64,000 nucleotides of DNA from Mobula hypostoma (taxonomy: Eukaryota), in assembly GCF_963921235.1 (NCBI RefSeq), contig NC_086097.1, positions 134,604,001 through 134,668,000 on the forward strand. The letters are read 5' to 3'. A program made the translations under genes and the position numbers. Below the pieces are notes generated by a model. It worked only from the letters and a program-made list of their open reading frames with translations. It made no database searches and had not been told where the DNA came from. Below are positions 1-12,940 of this stretch, in pieces; position 1 is the stretch's first letter; every line of letters begins with the position of its first letter.

Positions 1-199
1 GGAATTTCAAAAAGGTGCTGTTACAAAAATCCATCTGATTCAAGTTCCCTTTGGGTTGCATTCTTACTCATTCTGGATAAAATGTGACTCCAGACACACA
101 GCACTGTGGCAGATACTTCGCTGCCCTCTGAAATAGCACAAGTCACCAGGATAAGGGACAATAAATACCATCAGCTTGAATCTGGACATAGGAGGGGTG

Positions 200-830
200 A
201 TGATCCATGTATTAGAGGGGCTCAGGACAAGGTTTCCCCATAATACTATGCTGTTACCGTCCTCTGCTCAAATTCATCACCAGTCCACAGACTAATGAAC
301 TGGTCTCAAGGGTAAGGGTGAATTACAACAAAAGAAAAGGTGTGTTCTTTGGCAGCTGGTCTTATGTTCACTTCACTGTCAACCGTGATACTTGAAGGAT
401 TGGAAGTCCCAAGGAACCAGGAAATTCATGACCAGGGCAGTAAAGCAGAAACTGATTATACGGCTGTAGCTCTTCCTCCCTGTTATTAATGCACAGTGCT
501 CTTAGTGATACTGCAGTTCAGTGGTAGCCTATTACAGCGGTCACCAGAGCCATCTTTCACTTCATCTGAAGATCCAAAGTGGACTGTGTCCACTGAGATA
601 CAAAAAGCAGTAAAAATGTACCCAAAGTGGCCCTCAGAATGTAGTATTCTGGTGGAACATGCCATACCACCTGTACCTCACAGAAACATTTGTTCAGATC
701 AACCCTTTCAACCACAAGTCAATCAGAAAATGATTCACACAGAGATCGTGATGGTTCCTTGCTAAGGCTGCCAAAGTCATTTGGCAGAAGACTTCATCAC
801 CAGAACTTAGTGAGAAGGGTCACCCATAAC
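200..830 (+). mobile_element. Decayed Tx1-clade (L1-like) LINE ORF2 fragment
   Basis: Broken translation gives AVTRAIFHFI*RSKVDCV (about 537-590) and KVIWQKTSSPEL (about 773-808), resembling the post-RT region of fish/shark Tx1 LINEs. Similar motifs recur at 57.4-57.8 kb. Confidence 0.5.
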
Positions 831-2689
831 AGATACCAGCCTTCCAGTGCAAAGATCTGTACATAATTGTGTGTTGTTGACTGGCATACTGTAAGGTTGA
901 TAATTAGGTAAGCTGGCACAACTGCCACAATGCAAGACCACTACAAAATTCCTTCACCCTTTCATACTGAGGGGCTGGTGCAAGAACCCCTGAGGTGAAT
1001 ACAGAAAATACAGAAGAAAAATTGATGACCCTGCTGTAATTATGGAAATCTTCTGAACCATATTTATTGAATTGCGAATGGAGAAATATGAATATACTGT
1101 ATCAGATGTGCAGATTTTATCAATAAAGTATATCACTGAAAGAAAATCAACTACATCCTGTGAACAAATTAATTAATGACCAGAAGATACAAATGACTTT
1201 TTGGAATTAAAGAAACAGACTCCAAAAAGTTGCAAGGAAAAACTTAAATTGACAATTACCAGACTCGATGACAAGGAATAATCTTGATTAAAGTCACAAA
1301 TAACCACATTCAGCACATTTATGTGAGGGAAATAAGCTGCACACTCTACTTACAATAACTAAACAAAAACTTTTGTTCTGAGCATATCTCCCCATTTACT
1401 ATGAACCTCAAAGGCTCTCGCAACATAAATAAAAATGATTCAATATAATTTCTTTATCACCACCTGGCTTCTTTAAGTTTAATGGTGTACCAACTTCAAA
1501 CTAATCATTGTTTTATTTGAAACTTTATGCTGTTGTGCAGATGCAGTTGATGATAAAGATTGTAGTTTTCACAAACGCATTAACTTCATTTGAATTTTTA
1601 TTACCTTAAGCTGAACTAAAGTGCAATCCATTTGTATGCTTTAAAACGAGGGTTAAACATAAAGGGGATGATATACGGCAAAGATGATTAAACTGATGCA
1701 AACTTAACCGTAGAAAATACCTTAACCACTTGTGGTGGTAACGTAATTAAATCTAGTCATCAGAAGAGAAAAGAAATTGCACTGAATAGAACAGACTTTC
1801 GTAGTTTTATGAAGCAATTATAATTGATTTGAAGTCTAGTTTTAAGTAAGTCAAATGGCATTATGGCAACTGCTATACAATCAGGGAATTATATTGCAAA
1901 TAATAGACTGAATAATTTTGTGGCCATAAAATGATACGTGGGGATCACATACAGTGCATGAATGAAATTCAGTTTTACATACACCAGCACTAATTGTATG
2001 CTTAAGCAAGGCAATATTTTTAAATTCAAAAAAAAACCAACAAAATTTTATGCTTAATCACATTTAAATGGCTAAAAAATGCAAATGATAAATAAACATA
2101 AGATGTTGTTAATTAAATCTCACTAAGGGTTTAATTATAAAATAGAAAAAAATACTAATGACTGTAAACCATGTTTTATCAACAACTTTTAATATAACTA
2201 AAACATTTCCTTTGCATTGGCAACAAAAAAATATTCTTTTCCTTGTCTCCATTCTCTAAGCCCTTTATCAGCTCTTTGTTTTTTCTTCTGCCCAGGGTCT
2301 GCATTTCTATTCACCTCCATCAACACTCATTCTTTGAAGGTTTCCATTTTGCCAGTTCAGTTCTCTGTACTCCTCACATGCAGAGATCTTCTTGCACATA
2401 TTCAGCCTTCTATGCCCCTTTGCACAAATTCTTCCCCTTTTCCCTCCTCTTCTGTCCCTTGTTTCTTCTCTTTCCCCCCTCACACCAACATGTGTTGCCA
2501 GATCTGATGCTCAGAATTGTCTCCATATACCAAGGCATTTCACAAGCATCATCACAGTTAATTTAACATTGCATAATTTAACAATGCCAAGTAATATTAG
2601 ACCAGCTGACCAGAGGCATGTCGGTTTTATGTAACTTCATGACATAGGGAAGAGACAGGAACAAATGCAATTACATGCAACATTTATGA

Positions 2690-3110
2690 AGTAAATCAGA
2701 AATATGCAGGACGTCATAGTCTGAGGATCACAGAGATCTTCAAAACTTAGAGGATTGAAAGAGGTTTCCTACATAGATATGGAGTGATGAAGCCATGTAG
2801 GAATTTGTAAAGAATTCTACAATAGTCACTTGGAAATAGACAGGTAGAGAAGTAGTGGGTGATTGGGAAGTAGTTCAATTTAAGGCAAAAGCAACAGAAT
2901 TTTGGCCAAGGATGAGCTCACTTTTTACTGCAGTCGTGGTCAGCCTCCTGCCTTCCACGCAGGGTGACAGGTAGGAACATGATCAAGACAGCATTGCAAT
3001 AGTCAAGTTCAGAAATATAGATGAAGCAATCAGCATCAGATGAGCCGAGGCAGTTAGCATAAGCAAATTGTGAAAGATTTATTGGTTGTACTTGATCTCC
3101 ATGGACCATT
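2690..3110 (-). mobile_element. Decayed L2 LINE 3' fragment
   Basis: ORF 2918..3175(-) contains FIYISELDYCNAVL, matching the L2 C-terminal motif AFVTSRLDYCNALL. Confidence 0.5.
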
Positions 3111-5469
3111 TTGCAGCAAACAGGAATTTTATATATATCATGGTTACAACTTGATGCAAGTATAAATCCATCCACTTAAAATTATTGCACATTCCTCAAT
3201 TAAAATGCAAGCTATTTTCTTTGGAATGAATTGAGATGAACAGAATATGTTTATAGTCAATATAGTTGCAAATAACAGAAGTCGTATTTCCATCAGAAAC
3301 AAATTTGGACTATTATTGCCGATGTTACACTCTCAGAAACAGAGGCTTGTTAAAAGCCTATTAAAGTTTGCTTGAGGAATTTCAGTATCAAAACACTTGT
3401 ACAAATCTGCACATCAGACTGAATGAAAAAAACTAAAAGTTTCAAACAAGTGTGCAGTCAGAAAAAAAATTTCAAAAGAATATGTTTCAAATGTGAATAC
3501 ATTGCAAATAATGTAAATATTTACACAATACTCTTCACATATTCTGCATTGTTGCTTTTCTCTTACCTTAATGAATGGCATAATCTGTCTGGATGACATG
3601 CCAACAAAAGCTTTTCACTGGATCTGGGTGAAGATAACAGTAAAAAAAAACAAAACCAATACCTACCCCTAGAAATTCCAAAAAAAAACTTATAACAATA
3701 AGATGTTGATTCGAATGTGGTCATTGTTGTAATGTTAAACCCAAATCAAATGCAATGAGCAGGAGAATGGCATGAATTTTCACATATGCAATCCTGCAGT
3801 TAACCATTTTATATTTCAGAAAATCCTGTTAATGATATTGGCCATGGGAAAAAAACCTCTCAACTGTAATTGATGACATTTCATGAATGACGGTATCTTG
3901 GAAGGTATTCCAAAAAAAAGAACATAATTGTCTCGCTAATAATTAAGCAATGCAAAAACTTGATCACAATTCGCCTTTTGAAAAGAACATTTTCCTGTAT
4001 TTGTTCGGTGACAACATGATGTATGTTATCGTTATTTAAAGAGGAGACAATCACGGAATCAAGACATATGGCTACTGCATTAATAAAGTCAGTGTTTGAC
4101 AGTTGCCTAAACAAAAGAACAAGCACATAATGCACTTCAAAATAAAATCCAGAGTTTCTCATACAGAGGGGTAGACCATGCACTGACCAAACTAATAGTG
4201 TCAGTTTTATGGTGATTCACAAATAACATCTAAAGGATGCACCAAAAGATGTCTCATTTATGCCAAAAAAAAATTGTTTGTTACAATCTTCAACAAGAGG
4301 TGTCTGATGCAGCAGCAATCCAGGAATCAGCAAAATCGACTGCTGTTTTGAATTCTTCTTTAAAGAAACTACACTTCTAATACCTTAATGGTACACAGAC
4401 ATTTCCTAGTTAATTTGTACAAATTTAGAAGTAACTTGAAAATCTGAAGTCTTTTGGAATTTATTCTTTTACTGCACCAACTTACCCATCCTCACCCCGC
4501 CCCCCCCCCCGCTCACTCACCCCCAAGACAAGTACTGAATTATAGGGATGATTATCAGCAAATCCTCTCCGACAGACCCTATGCCTGCTGAGGTAATGCA
4601 GCTGACAAACTTTGATGTGCCATGCCCGTGCACATTATGTTCATGTATTGTGTACATCTGGGCAGCCTTTATGGCAATGCAGCAAGCAGCCAATCATTTG
4701 TTCCACCCTAATTAACACATATATAACTCCCCACAAATCAAGCTTCTCCCTGTGTTACTATTGTGGCAGCCATACAGCAAGCTGGTAGGACATGTGAAAA
4801 AAATAGACTCCAAGGAGCAATGATCTGCTTTGATTCGAGTCTTCCATCACACATTGGTAGAGGCTCCCTGATCCTGACTGTAACCAGTTCTCGCCTTCAA
4901 AATGCATCACCATGAGATAAGAGATAAAGGTCATCAGGCAGATCTTTGATTGGCCAAGATGGTTTGATTCTTTGCAAGCTCAGAGAGTGTACCTGAAGGG
5001 ACATTCTCCTGTGGCTATGCAGGAACAAAAATAGCTGTAGTAGTGCACACCATTGTTATATCTGAAATTTCTGATGTACAATTTATAATAAATTGTGGAA
5101 ATTGCTGTTTTACAGTGTGCTTGGCATCTGTCTTTGTTGTAAGAAATGAAACCATTTCCATTTGTCATCTTTCAAGCAGATAGAAGCCATCTAGCTTTTT
5201 TTAAACAAAAGTACATAAGTTTAGCCTGAGAACACCTACAAAATCAAATACACCATAAAATAAATCAACAAACTGATCCAATCTGCACTTAATCCTCATT
5301 TTCCCTTTCAGTATGGCTCAACTAACAAGCGAAATTACTGATTATGGCCTCTCACTGCAACAAGTTTGAATTAAAGCAAAAGCTTAAGGTAGAATATAAC
5401 TTTGAAAAATACGGTTGAATATATTTAATCTTTAGCATTTGTAAAGATCTGCCTTTTCAATCAAAATTT

Positions 5470-5780
5470 AATAAAAATGTGTTCTTCTTCCAAAAGGTAA
5501 AGCTCTACAGGAATATATCCATACACACAGGCTTAGAAATTCTAATACACAAAGAAACGATGGGAAAAATGGAGCTACTACAGAGAATTCTTTTGCACTG
5601 TCAGTCGGTATCGACAGAAAGCAACACCTGTCATCAAATATCCCCACTATCTGACTCATGCCATCTTCTCAGAGCTACCATCAGGCAGGATGTACAGAAA
5701 CCCTAGGTCCCACACCATCAGGTTCAAGAACAGCTACTTCCTTTCAACCATTCAGTTCTTGAACCAAGCTGTATAACCTT
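5470..5780 (+). mobile_element. Rex1/Babar-type LINE 3' fragment
   Basis: Reads ..LPSGRMYRNPRSHTIRFKNSYFLSTIQFLN, the conserved Rex1/Babar C-terminus (LLPSGRRYRS..T.R..NSF.P..IRLLN). Confidence 0.7.
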
Positions 5781-5784
5781 AATA

Positions 5785-6590
5785 GAGTAATAGTCATAGA
5801 GCACTGAAATAAACCTTTCAGCCCATCTAATCCATGCCAAACTTGGTTCTGTTCGCATATCAACTTGCATCTGGACCCTGGCCCTCCATACCACTCCCAT
5901 CCACGTACTTATCTAAAGTTTCTTAAATGTTGCAATCGAACCCGCATCCGCCAGTTCGCTGGCAGTTCGCTCCACATTCACATGGCCCTCTGAATGAAGG
6001 AGTTCCTCCTCAGGTTCCCCTGAAATATTTTGCCTTTCTTCTTAACCTATGACCTCTGGCTCTAGTCTCACCAAACCGCAGTGGAAAAGGCCTGCTTGGG
6101 TTTACCCTATCCATATCCCTCATAATTTTGCATACCTGTATCAAATCTCTCCCTATTTGCCTCGTTTCCAGGGACTACAGCCCCAACCTATTCAATCATT
6201 CCCTATAACTTGCATCCTCAGGAACCAAAAACAACTTGTCAAACAAATGTTCACTGCACTCTTTCAATTTTATTGATATATTTCCCATACATGAGTGACT
6301 TGAAGTGCATTCAGTACACCAAGTTTTGCTTCAACAATGTCTTACACGACTTCAACATAACATCTCCACTCCTATACTCAGTACTCTGATTTATGAAGGC
6401 CAATGTGCCAAAAATGCTCTTTACAACCCTATCTACCTGTGACAACACTGTCAAGAAATCATGAATCTGTATTCCCAGATTCCTCTGATCTATCACACTC
6501 ATCAGTGCCCTACCTTTCACTGTGTAAGACCTACCCTGGTTTGTCCTCCCAAAGTGCAACACCTCACACTTGCCTGCATTAAATTCATCA
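5785..6590 (-). mobile_element. CR1 (HER1-like) LINE, 3' segment (piece 1 of a copy split by two PLEs)
   Basis: ORF 6311..6631(-) has FNAGKCEVLHFGRTN..RNLGIQIH..LVY. CR1-type 3' tail near 5790. Confidence 0.85.
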
Positions 6591-6686
6591 AACAACAGGA
6601 ATTCTGCAGATGCTGGAAATTCAAGCAACACACATCAAAGTTGCTGGTGAACGCAGCAGGCCAGGCAACATCTCTAGGAAGAGGTA

Positions 6687-6724
6687 CAGTCGACGTTTCA
6701 GGCCGAGACCCTTCGTGAGGACTA
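6687..6724 (-). ncRNA. Minimal hammerhead ribozyme motif in PLE 3' terminal repeat (core mutated)
   Basis: Minus strand reads UAGUC CUCACGA AGGGUCUCGGCCU GAAAC GUC GACUG: stem I AGUC/GACU, stem II AGG/CCU, GAAA, GUC site. CUGANGA box has G->C. Confidence 0.7.
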
Positions 6725-7017
6725 ACTGAAGGAAGAGTTAGTAAGAGATTTGAAAGTGGGAGGGGGAGGAGGAGATCCAAAATGATAGGAGAAGACAGGA
6801 GGGGGGAGGGATGGAGCCAAGAGCTGGACAGGTGATTGGCAAAGGGGATATGAGAGGATCATGGGACAGAAGGTCCGGGGAGAAAGACAAGAGGGGGGGA
6901 ACCCAGAGGATGGGCAAGGGGTATAGTCAGAGGGACAGAGGGAGAAAAAGGAGAGTGAGAGAAAGAATGTGTGTATATAAATAAATAACAGATGGGGTAC
7001 GAGGGGGAGGTGGGGCA

Positions 7018-8367
7018 TTAGCAGAAGTTAGAGAAGTCAATGTTCATGCCATCAGGTTGGAGGCTACCCAGACAGAATATAAGCTGTTGTTCCTCCAACC
7101 TGAGTGTGGCTTCATCTTTACAGTAGAGGAGGCCGTGGATAGACATGTCAGAATGGGAATGGGATGTGGAATTAAAATATGTGGCCACTGGGAGATGCTG
7201 CTTTCTCTGGCGGACAGAGCGTAGGTGTTCAGCAAAGCGGTCTCCCAGTCTGCGTCGGGTCTCACCAATATATAGAAGGCCACATCGGGAGCACCGGACG
7301 CAGTATATTACCCCAGCCGACTCACAGGTGAAGTGTCGCCTCACCTGGAAGGACTGTTTGGGGCCCTGAATGGTGGTAAGGGAGGAAGTGTAAGAGCATG
7401 TGTAGCACTTGTTCCGCTTACAAGGATAAGTGCCAGGAGAGAGATCAGTGGGGAGGGATGGGGGGCATGAATGAACGAGGGAGTCGCGTAGGGAGCGATC
7501 CCTGCGGAAAGCAGGGGGGGGGGGAGGGAAAGATGTGCTTAGTGGTGGGATCTCGTTGGAGGTGGCGGAAGTTATGGAGAATAATATGTTGGACCCAAAG
7601 GCTGGTGGGGTGGTAGGTGAGGACCAGGGGAACCCTATTCTTAGTGGGGTGGCGGGAGGATGGAGTGAGAGCAGATGTGCGTGAAATGGGGGAGATGCGT
7701 TTGAGAGCAGAGTTGATGGTGGAGGAAGGGAAGTCCCTTTCTTTAAAAAAAGGAGGACATCTCCCTCTTCCTGGAATGAAAAGCCTCATCCTGAGAGCAG
7801 ATGCGGCGGAGACGGAGGAATTGCGAGAAGGGGATGGCGTTTTTGCAAGAGACAGGGTGAAAAGAGGAATAGTCCAGATAGCTGTGAGAGTCAGTAGGCT
7901 TATAGTAGACATCAGTGGATAAGCTGTCTCCAGAGACAGAGACAGAAAGATCTAGAAAGGGGAGGGAGGTGTCGGAAATGGACCATGTAAACTTGAGGGC
8001 AGGGTGAAAGGTGGAGGCAAAGTTAATAAAGTCAACGAGCTCTGCATGCGTGCAGGAAGCAGCGCCAATGCAGTCGTCAATGTAGCGAAGGAAAAGCGGG
8101 AGACAGATACCAGAATAGGTACGGAACATAGATTGTTCCACAAAGCCAACAAAAAGGCAGGCATAGCTAGGACCCATGCGGGTGCCCATAGCTACACCTT
8201 TAGTTTGGAGGAAGTGGGAGGAGCCAAAGGAGAAATTATTAAGAGTAAGGACTAATTCCGCTAGACGGAGCAGAGTGGTGGTGGAGGGGAACTGATTAGG
8301 TCTGGAATCCAAAAAGAAGCGGAGAGCTTTGAGACCTTCCTGATGGGGGATGGAAGTATGTAGGGAC
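7018..8367 (-). pseudogene. PLE polyprotein remnant (RT C-terminal half + GIY-YIG endonuclease)
   Basis: About 450 codons with no nonsense stop, broken only by frameshifts at the A7 run (7745-7751) and the G11 run (7514-7524). N-terminus missing (starts at SLHTSIPH). Confidence 0.88.
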
Positions 8368-8793
8368 TTAAATTCATCAGCTATTTTTCCAGCTCATTTT
8401 TCCAACTGGTCCAGATATCACTGCAAGCTTTGACAGCCTTCTGTGCTGTCAACTAATCTTGGTGTCTTCCTCAAATTTGCTAATCCAGTATACCAAATTA
8501 TGATCCATATAGATGACAAACAACAACAAACCCAGCACTGATCCCTGTGTTACACCACTAGTCACAGGCCTCCAGTCAGAGAGGCAATCATTCACTACCA
8601 CTGTCTGTCTTCTCCTGCTAGCCAGTGATGAATCCAATTTACGACTTTATCATGAAACCCAAGTGACTGAACATACTGAACCAGCTTCCTTTGTGGGACT
8701 TTGTCAAAGATCACATTAATAACATCCACCACCTTTTCTGGTAACCTTCACGAAGATCTATACCATTAACAAAGCCATATTGAATATCCATAA
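8368..8793 (-). mobile_element. CR1 LINE RT segment (piece 2)
   Basis: ORF 8449..8637(-): WRPVTSGVTQGSVLGLLLFVIY..SKFEEDTKI (GVPQGS and FADD motifs). Confidence 0.85.
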
Positions 8794-10085
8794 ACAAGAG
8801 AAAATTCGCAGATGCTGGAAATCCGAGCAACATGCATAAAATGTTAGAGGAACTCAGCAGGCCAGGCAGCATCTATGGGAAAAAAGTACAATCGATGTTT
8901 CGTGCCGAAACCCTTCAGCAGGACTGGAGAGAAAAGGCTGAGGAGTAGATTTAAAAGGTGGGAGGAGGGGAGAGAGAACCATCAGGTGATAAGTGAAACC
9001 TGGAGGGGTAGAGATGAAGTAAAGAGTTGGGAAGTTGATTGGTGAGATGAGGTGAGAGGGGGAAAGAGGATGGGAAATGGAGTGGTGGGGGTAAAGCCAG
9101 AAGTTTGCGAAATCGATGTTCATGCCATCAGGTTGGAGGCTACCCAAACAGAATATAAGGTGTTGTTCCTCCAACCTAAGTGTGGTCTCATCACGACAGT
9201 GGAGGAAGCCATGGAAAGACATATCAGAATGGGAATGGGAAGTGGAATTAAAATGGGTGGCCATTGGGAGATCCCACTTGTTCTGGTGGATGGAACGTAC
9301 ATGCTCAGCAAAACAGTCTTCCAATCTACGTCAGGTCTCACCAATGGACAGGAGGCACATCGGGAGCACCGAACACAGTAAATGACCCCAACAGACTCAA
9401 AGGTGAAGTGTTGCCTCACTTGGAAGGACTGTTTAGGGCCCCGGGTGGTAGTGAGGGAGGAGATGTAGGAGCAGGCATAGCACTTGTTCTGCTTGCAAGG
9501 ATTAGTGCCAGGAGGGAGATCAGTGGGGAGGGACAAATGGACAAGGGAGTCATGTAGGTGAGGACCCTATCCCTGGTAGGGTGGCGAGAGGATGGAATAA
9601 GAGCAGACATGTGTAAAATGGAAGAGATGCAGTTGAGGGCAACGTTGATGGTAGAGGAAGGGAAGCCCCTATCTTTGAAAATGGAGGGCATGTCCTTCGT
9701 TCTAGAATGAAAGACCTCATCCTGAGAGCACATGCGGCAGAGACAGAGGAATTGAGAAAAGGGGATGATGTTTTAACAAGTAGTAGGGTGGGACGAGGTG
9801 TAGTCTAGATAGCTGTGAGAGTCCATGGTTTTGTAATAGACATCCATCTCCAGAGATAGAGACAGTGAGATCAAAAAAGGGAAGGGAGGTGTCAGGCATG
9901 GACCAGGTGAATCTGAGGGCAGGACGGAAGATGGAGGCAAAGTTGATGAAATCAACGAGTTCAGCACAGGTGCAGGAAACAGCTCCAATGCAGTCATCGA
10001 TGTAGTGTAGGAGAAGTGCAGACTACACCAGCGTAGGCTTGGAACACAGACTGTTCCACGTAGCCGACAAACAGACAGGCATAAC
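8794..10085 (-). mobile_element. Penelope-like retroelement, 5'-truncated, decayed
   Basis: Fragmented ORFs with DSHSYLDYTSSHP, CKQNKCYAC, VIYCVRCSRC, RLEEQHLIFCLGSLQPDGMN. Terminal module with degenerate hammerhead (CUGCUGA..GAAAC AUC, about 8889-8926). Degenerate TSD TGAATATCCATAA (8781-8793) / TGAACATCCCTAA (10086-10098). Confidence 0.88.
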
Positions 10086-10325
10086 TGAACATCCCTAATG
10101 ACACCTTGTCTATCCAAATACTTATATATCGGATTCCTTACAAGAGCCTCTAATAATTTACCCACCGCTGACATCAGACCCACTGGCCTATACTTTTACG
10201 TCTTATTCTTTGAGTCTTTCTTGAACAACAGAACAGTAATAGCTATCCTCCAGTCCTCCAACACTTCACCTGTGGTTAAGGATGTTTTAAGCACCTTTGC
10301 TAGTGCTCTTGCAATTTCCGCACTA
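10086..10325 (-). mobile_element. CR1 LINE segment (piece 3)
   Basis: EIARALAKVLKTSLTTGEVLEDWRIAITVLLFKK and SAVGKLLEALVRNPIYKYLDRQG; continues collinearly from piece 2. Confidence 0.8.
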
Positions 10326-11128
10326 AAGAGTCTAGTAAATTTCTGTAGACACAGGCTGGAGAGCATTCTGACTGTTCTATCATAGCTTGTTCCAGAGGTT
10401 CCAATGCATAGGAGGGTACAGAGGGTTGTAGACTTAGTCTGTTCCATCAAGGGCACAACCCTCCCTATTACTGAGGGCATCTACAATCATCCATACCTCA
10501 AGAAGGTGGCATCCATTATTAAGGACCCACACCCTCCAGAACATGACCTCTTCTCGTTACTACCATCGGGGAGCTGATACAGGAGCCTGACAATCCATAC
10601 TGAACAATTCAGAAACAGCTTCTTCCTCTCTGCCATCAGGTTTCTGAATGGTCCATGAACACAATCTCATTATTCCTATACCATAAGACATAAGAGCAGA
10701 ATTAGGCCACTCAGCCCATCAAGTCTGCTCCGCCATTCCATCATGGCTGATCCTGGATCCCACTCAACCCCACACACCTGCCTTCTCACCATTTCATTTG
10801 ATGCCCTGACTGATCAGGAAATGATCAACTTCCACCTTAAATATATGCATGGACTTGGCCTCCACCGCAGTCTATGGCAGAGCATTCTACATATTTACTA
10901 CTCTCTGGCTAAAAATATTCCTCCTTACCTCTGTTCTAAAGGGTCGCCCCTCAAATTTCAGTCTGTGCCACCTAGTTCTGGATATCCCCACCATAGGAAA
11001 TATCCTCTCCACATCCACCCTATCTAGTCCTTCCAACATTCTTTGTGTTTGTATTATTTATTTTGTACGTTATAGCAATTTTAAGTCTTTGCACTGTACT
11101 GCTGCTTTAAAACAACAAATTTCACATC
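10326..11128 (+). mobile_element. Rex1/Babar LINE 3' fragment interrupted by a CR1 tail
   Basis: LVNFCRHRLESILT..HDLFSLLPSGS*YRSL..FRNSFFLSAIRFLN; 3' UTR resumes after about 11040. Confidence 0.7.
10678..11040 (-). mobile_element. CR1 LINE 3' terminal fragment
   Basis: Begins with reverse-complement tail CCATAAGACATAAGAGCAGAATTAGGCCA; resembles the 3' end of the CR1 at 47150-47466. Confidence 0.75.
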
Positions 11129-12940
11129 TGAATCAGGTTAATTACCAATGACATACGTCATGAAATTTGTTGTCATAGCAGTATTGCACAATTCACAAAA
11201 ACTTACTATAAGTTATATTAGAGGCATTAAATAAATAAATATTGCTAAAACAGAGCAAAATAATGAACTAGTGTTCATGGATTGCTCAGAAATCTGATGG
11301 CAGAGGGGAAGACGCTGTTCCTAAAATGTTAGTGTGCATTCTTAGGCTCCTGTACCTCGAGAAGAGTGCATGCATGCACTAGATGATGAGAGTCCTTAAT
11401 GATGAGTACTGCCTTCTTGAATTTTTGCTTTCTGAAGATGTCCTCAGTGCTGGGGAGGCTAGTGCCCATGATGTAGTGGCTGAGTCTCCAACTCTCTGCA
11501 GCTTTTTACCATTTATGCATTGGAGTCTCCTTAACAGGCAGTGATGCAACCAGTCAGAATGCACTCCATGATACATCTGTAGAAATTTTTGCTCGAGTCT
11601 TTGTTGATATATCCTATCTCCTCAAACTTCTAACAAAGTATGGCTGTTGGTGTGCCCTCTTGGTGATTGTATCAGTATGTTGGGCCCAGGATAGATGCTC
11701 TCAGATGTTGACACCCAGGAAATGGAAGCTGCTTACCCTTTCCGAAGCTGCTCACCCTTTTCAAACCTCCTCCTCACCATCTAAGATTCTGCCAACACTA
11801 GTTGCTTTATTAGCATATTTATAGATGGCATTTGAGCTGCACCTAGCGACATAGTCATGAGTGTAGAGAAAGTAGAGCACTGAGCTAAGCACACATCCTT
11901 GATGTGTGCCAGTGTTGATTGTCAGCGAGGAGGAGATGTAATTTCCAATCTGCACTGACTGTGGTCTTCCGATGAGGATGTCAAGGATTCAGTTGCAGAG
12001 CGAGGCACAGAGGCCTAGGTTTTGAAGCTTACTTATTAGTACTGAGAGAACTGCGGTGTTGATTCAAAGACAATCTAAAATCGTACATCAAATAAGCAGA
12101 CCTCCAGCTCGACAACTTGAGGAGTCCACAGCCGACAGGGCTGCGTGGCGCGCCCTGACCAGAAAAGCTGCATCTGACTTTGAGGATGATCGAAATCAGC
12201 GCCTTGCAGCAGCACGAGATCGACACCACAAAGCTGTGTATGCACCTGTTCTAACAACTGCTATTTCATGTCCAACCTGCAACCACATGTGTGCTTCGGC
12301 CTTTGGCCTCCGAAGCCACATGTGTATCCACAGATGACTGCACAATTTGTAGTCTTCCTCGGACCCAGAGAGACAACCACCTATAGGAAATGATGTCATG
12401 CAAGCACTGTCATGAATGACATACATCCAATTGCGTCTCTAACTTCACTCAGAATTGCTTTTCACTCTTAGAATAGCCTTGCACTGGTCGTACCTGGACT
12501 TCTTGTGTAGTTCTGGGTCAAGGTCTTAAATGGCACAAATTTAGCCTGAAGCAGACTGCAAGACTCCTGGTTCATCCAAAGCTTCTGGTTTGGGTATGTT
12601 CAGTATGTTCTCAAAGGCACACACTCATTTACACAGGCCTTAATGAATTCGGTGATGACAGTGGCATATTCTCTCAGATCTGAAGGTTGTGTTATTTGAA
12701 GCAATCCTGTAAGCACTTCTCGTTCTCCCTTGACCATACCTTCACGGTCCTGACCACTGGTGCTACGGTCCTTACTCTCTAGCTGTATGCTGGGAGTAGA
12801 AGAAAGGGCAAGGGCATGGATTGGGACAATGATCCAACAGTTGTCAAGCCTGTTACCTACTCTGGTTCCACAGGTGACATGTTGGTGGTAGTTCGTCAGG
12901 CTTCTTCAAGCTGGTTTAGTTAAAGTTCCCCATAATCATC
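11129..12940 (-). mobile_element. Rex1/Babar LINE, decayed and internally deleted
   Basis: RT segment [36 protein letters not shown] (11761..11955); APE-like IMGNFN near 12915-12935. Confidence 0.75.
12062..12381 (+). mobile_element. RTE-clade LINE 3' end
   Basis: LEESTADRAAWRALTRKA..CPTCNHMCASAFGLRSHMCIH*: DR..WR motif plus terminal C2H2 finger typical of RTE ORFs, then a short 3' UTR. Nested in the Rex1 copy. Confidence 0.8.

Larger units (their letters stand above)
6591..8367 (-). mobile_element. Penelope-like retroelement (Neptune-like), 5'-truncated, young
   Basis: RT motifs GVAMGTRMGPSYA and FLRYIDD (7743..8312), Cys-rich linker CKRNKCYTC, GIY-YIG endonuclease VIYCVRCSRCGLLYIGET..RFAEH..LEEQQLI (7018..7344). 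Exact 12-bp TSD TTAAATTCATCA at 6579-6590 and 8368-8379. Confidence 0.93.

Noticed and set aside
7145..10385. Multiple plus-strand ORFs of 70-110 aa
   Set aside because: Antisense shadows of PLE and CR1 coding sequence.
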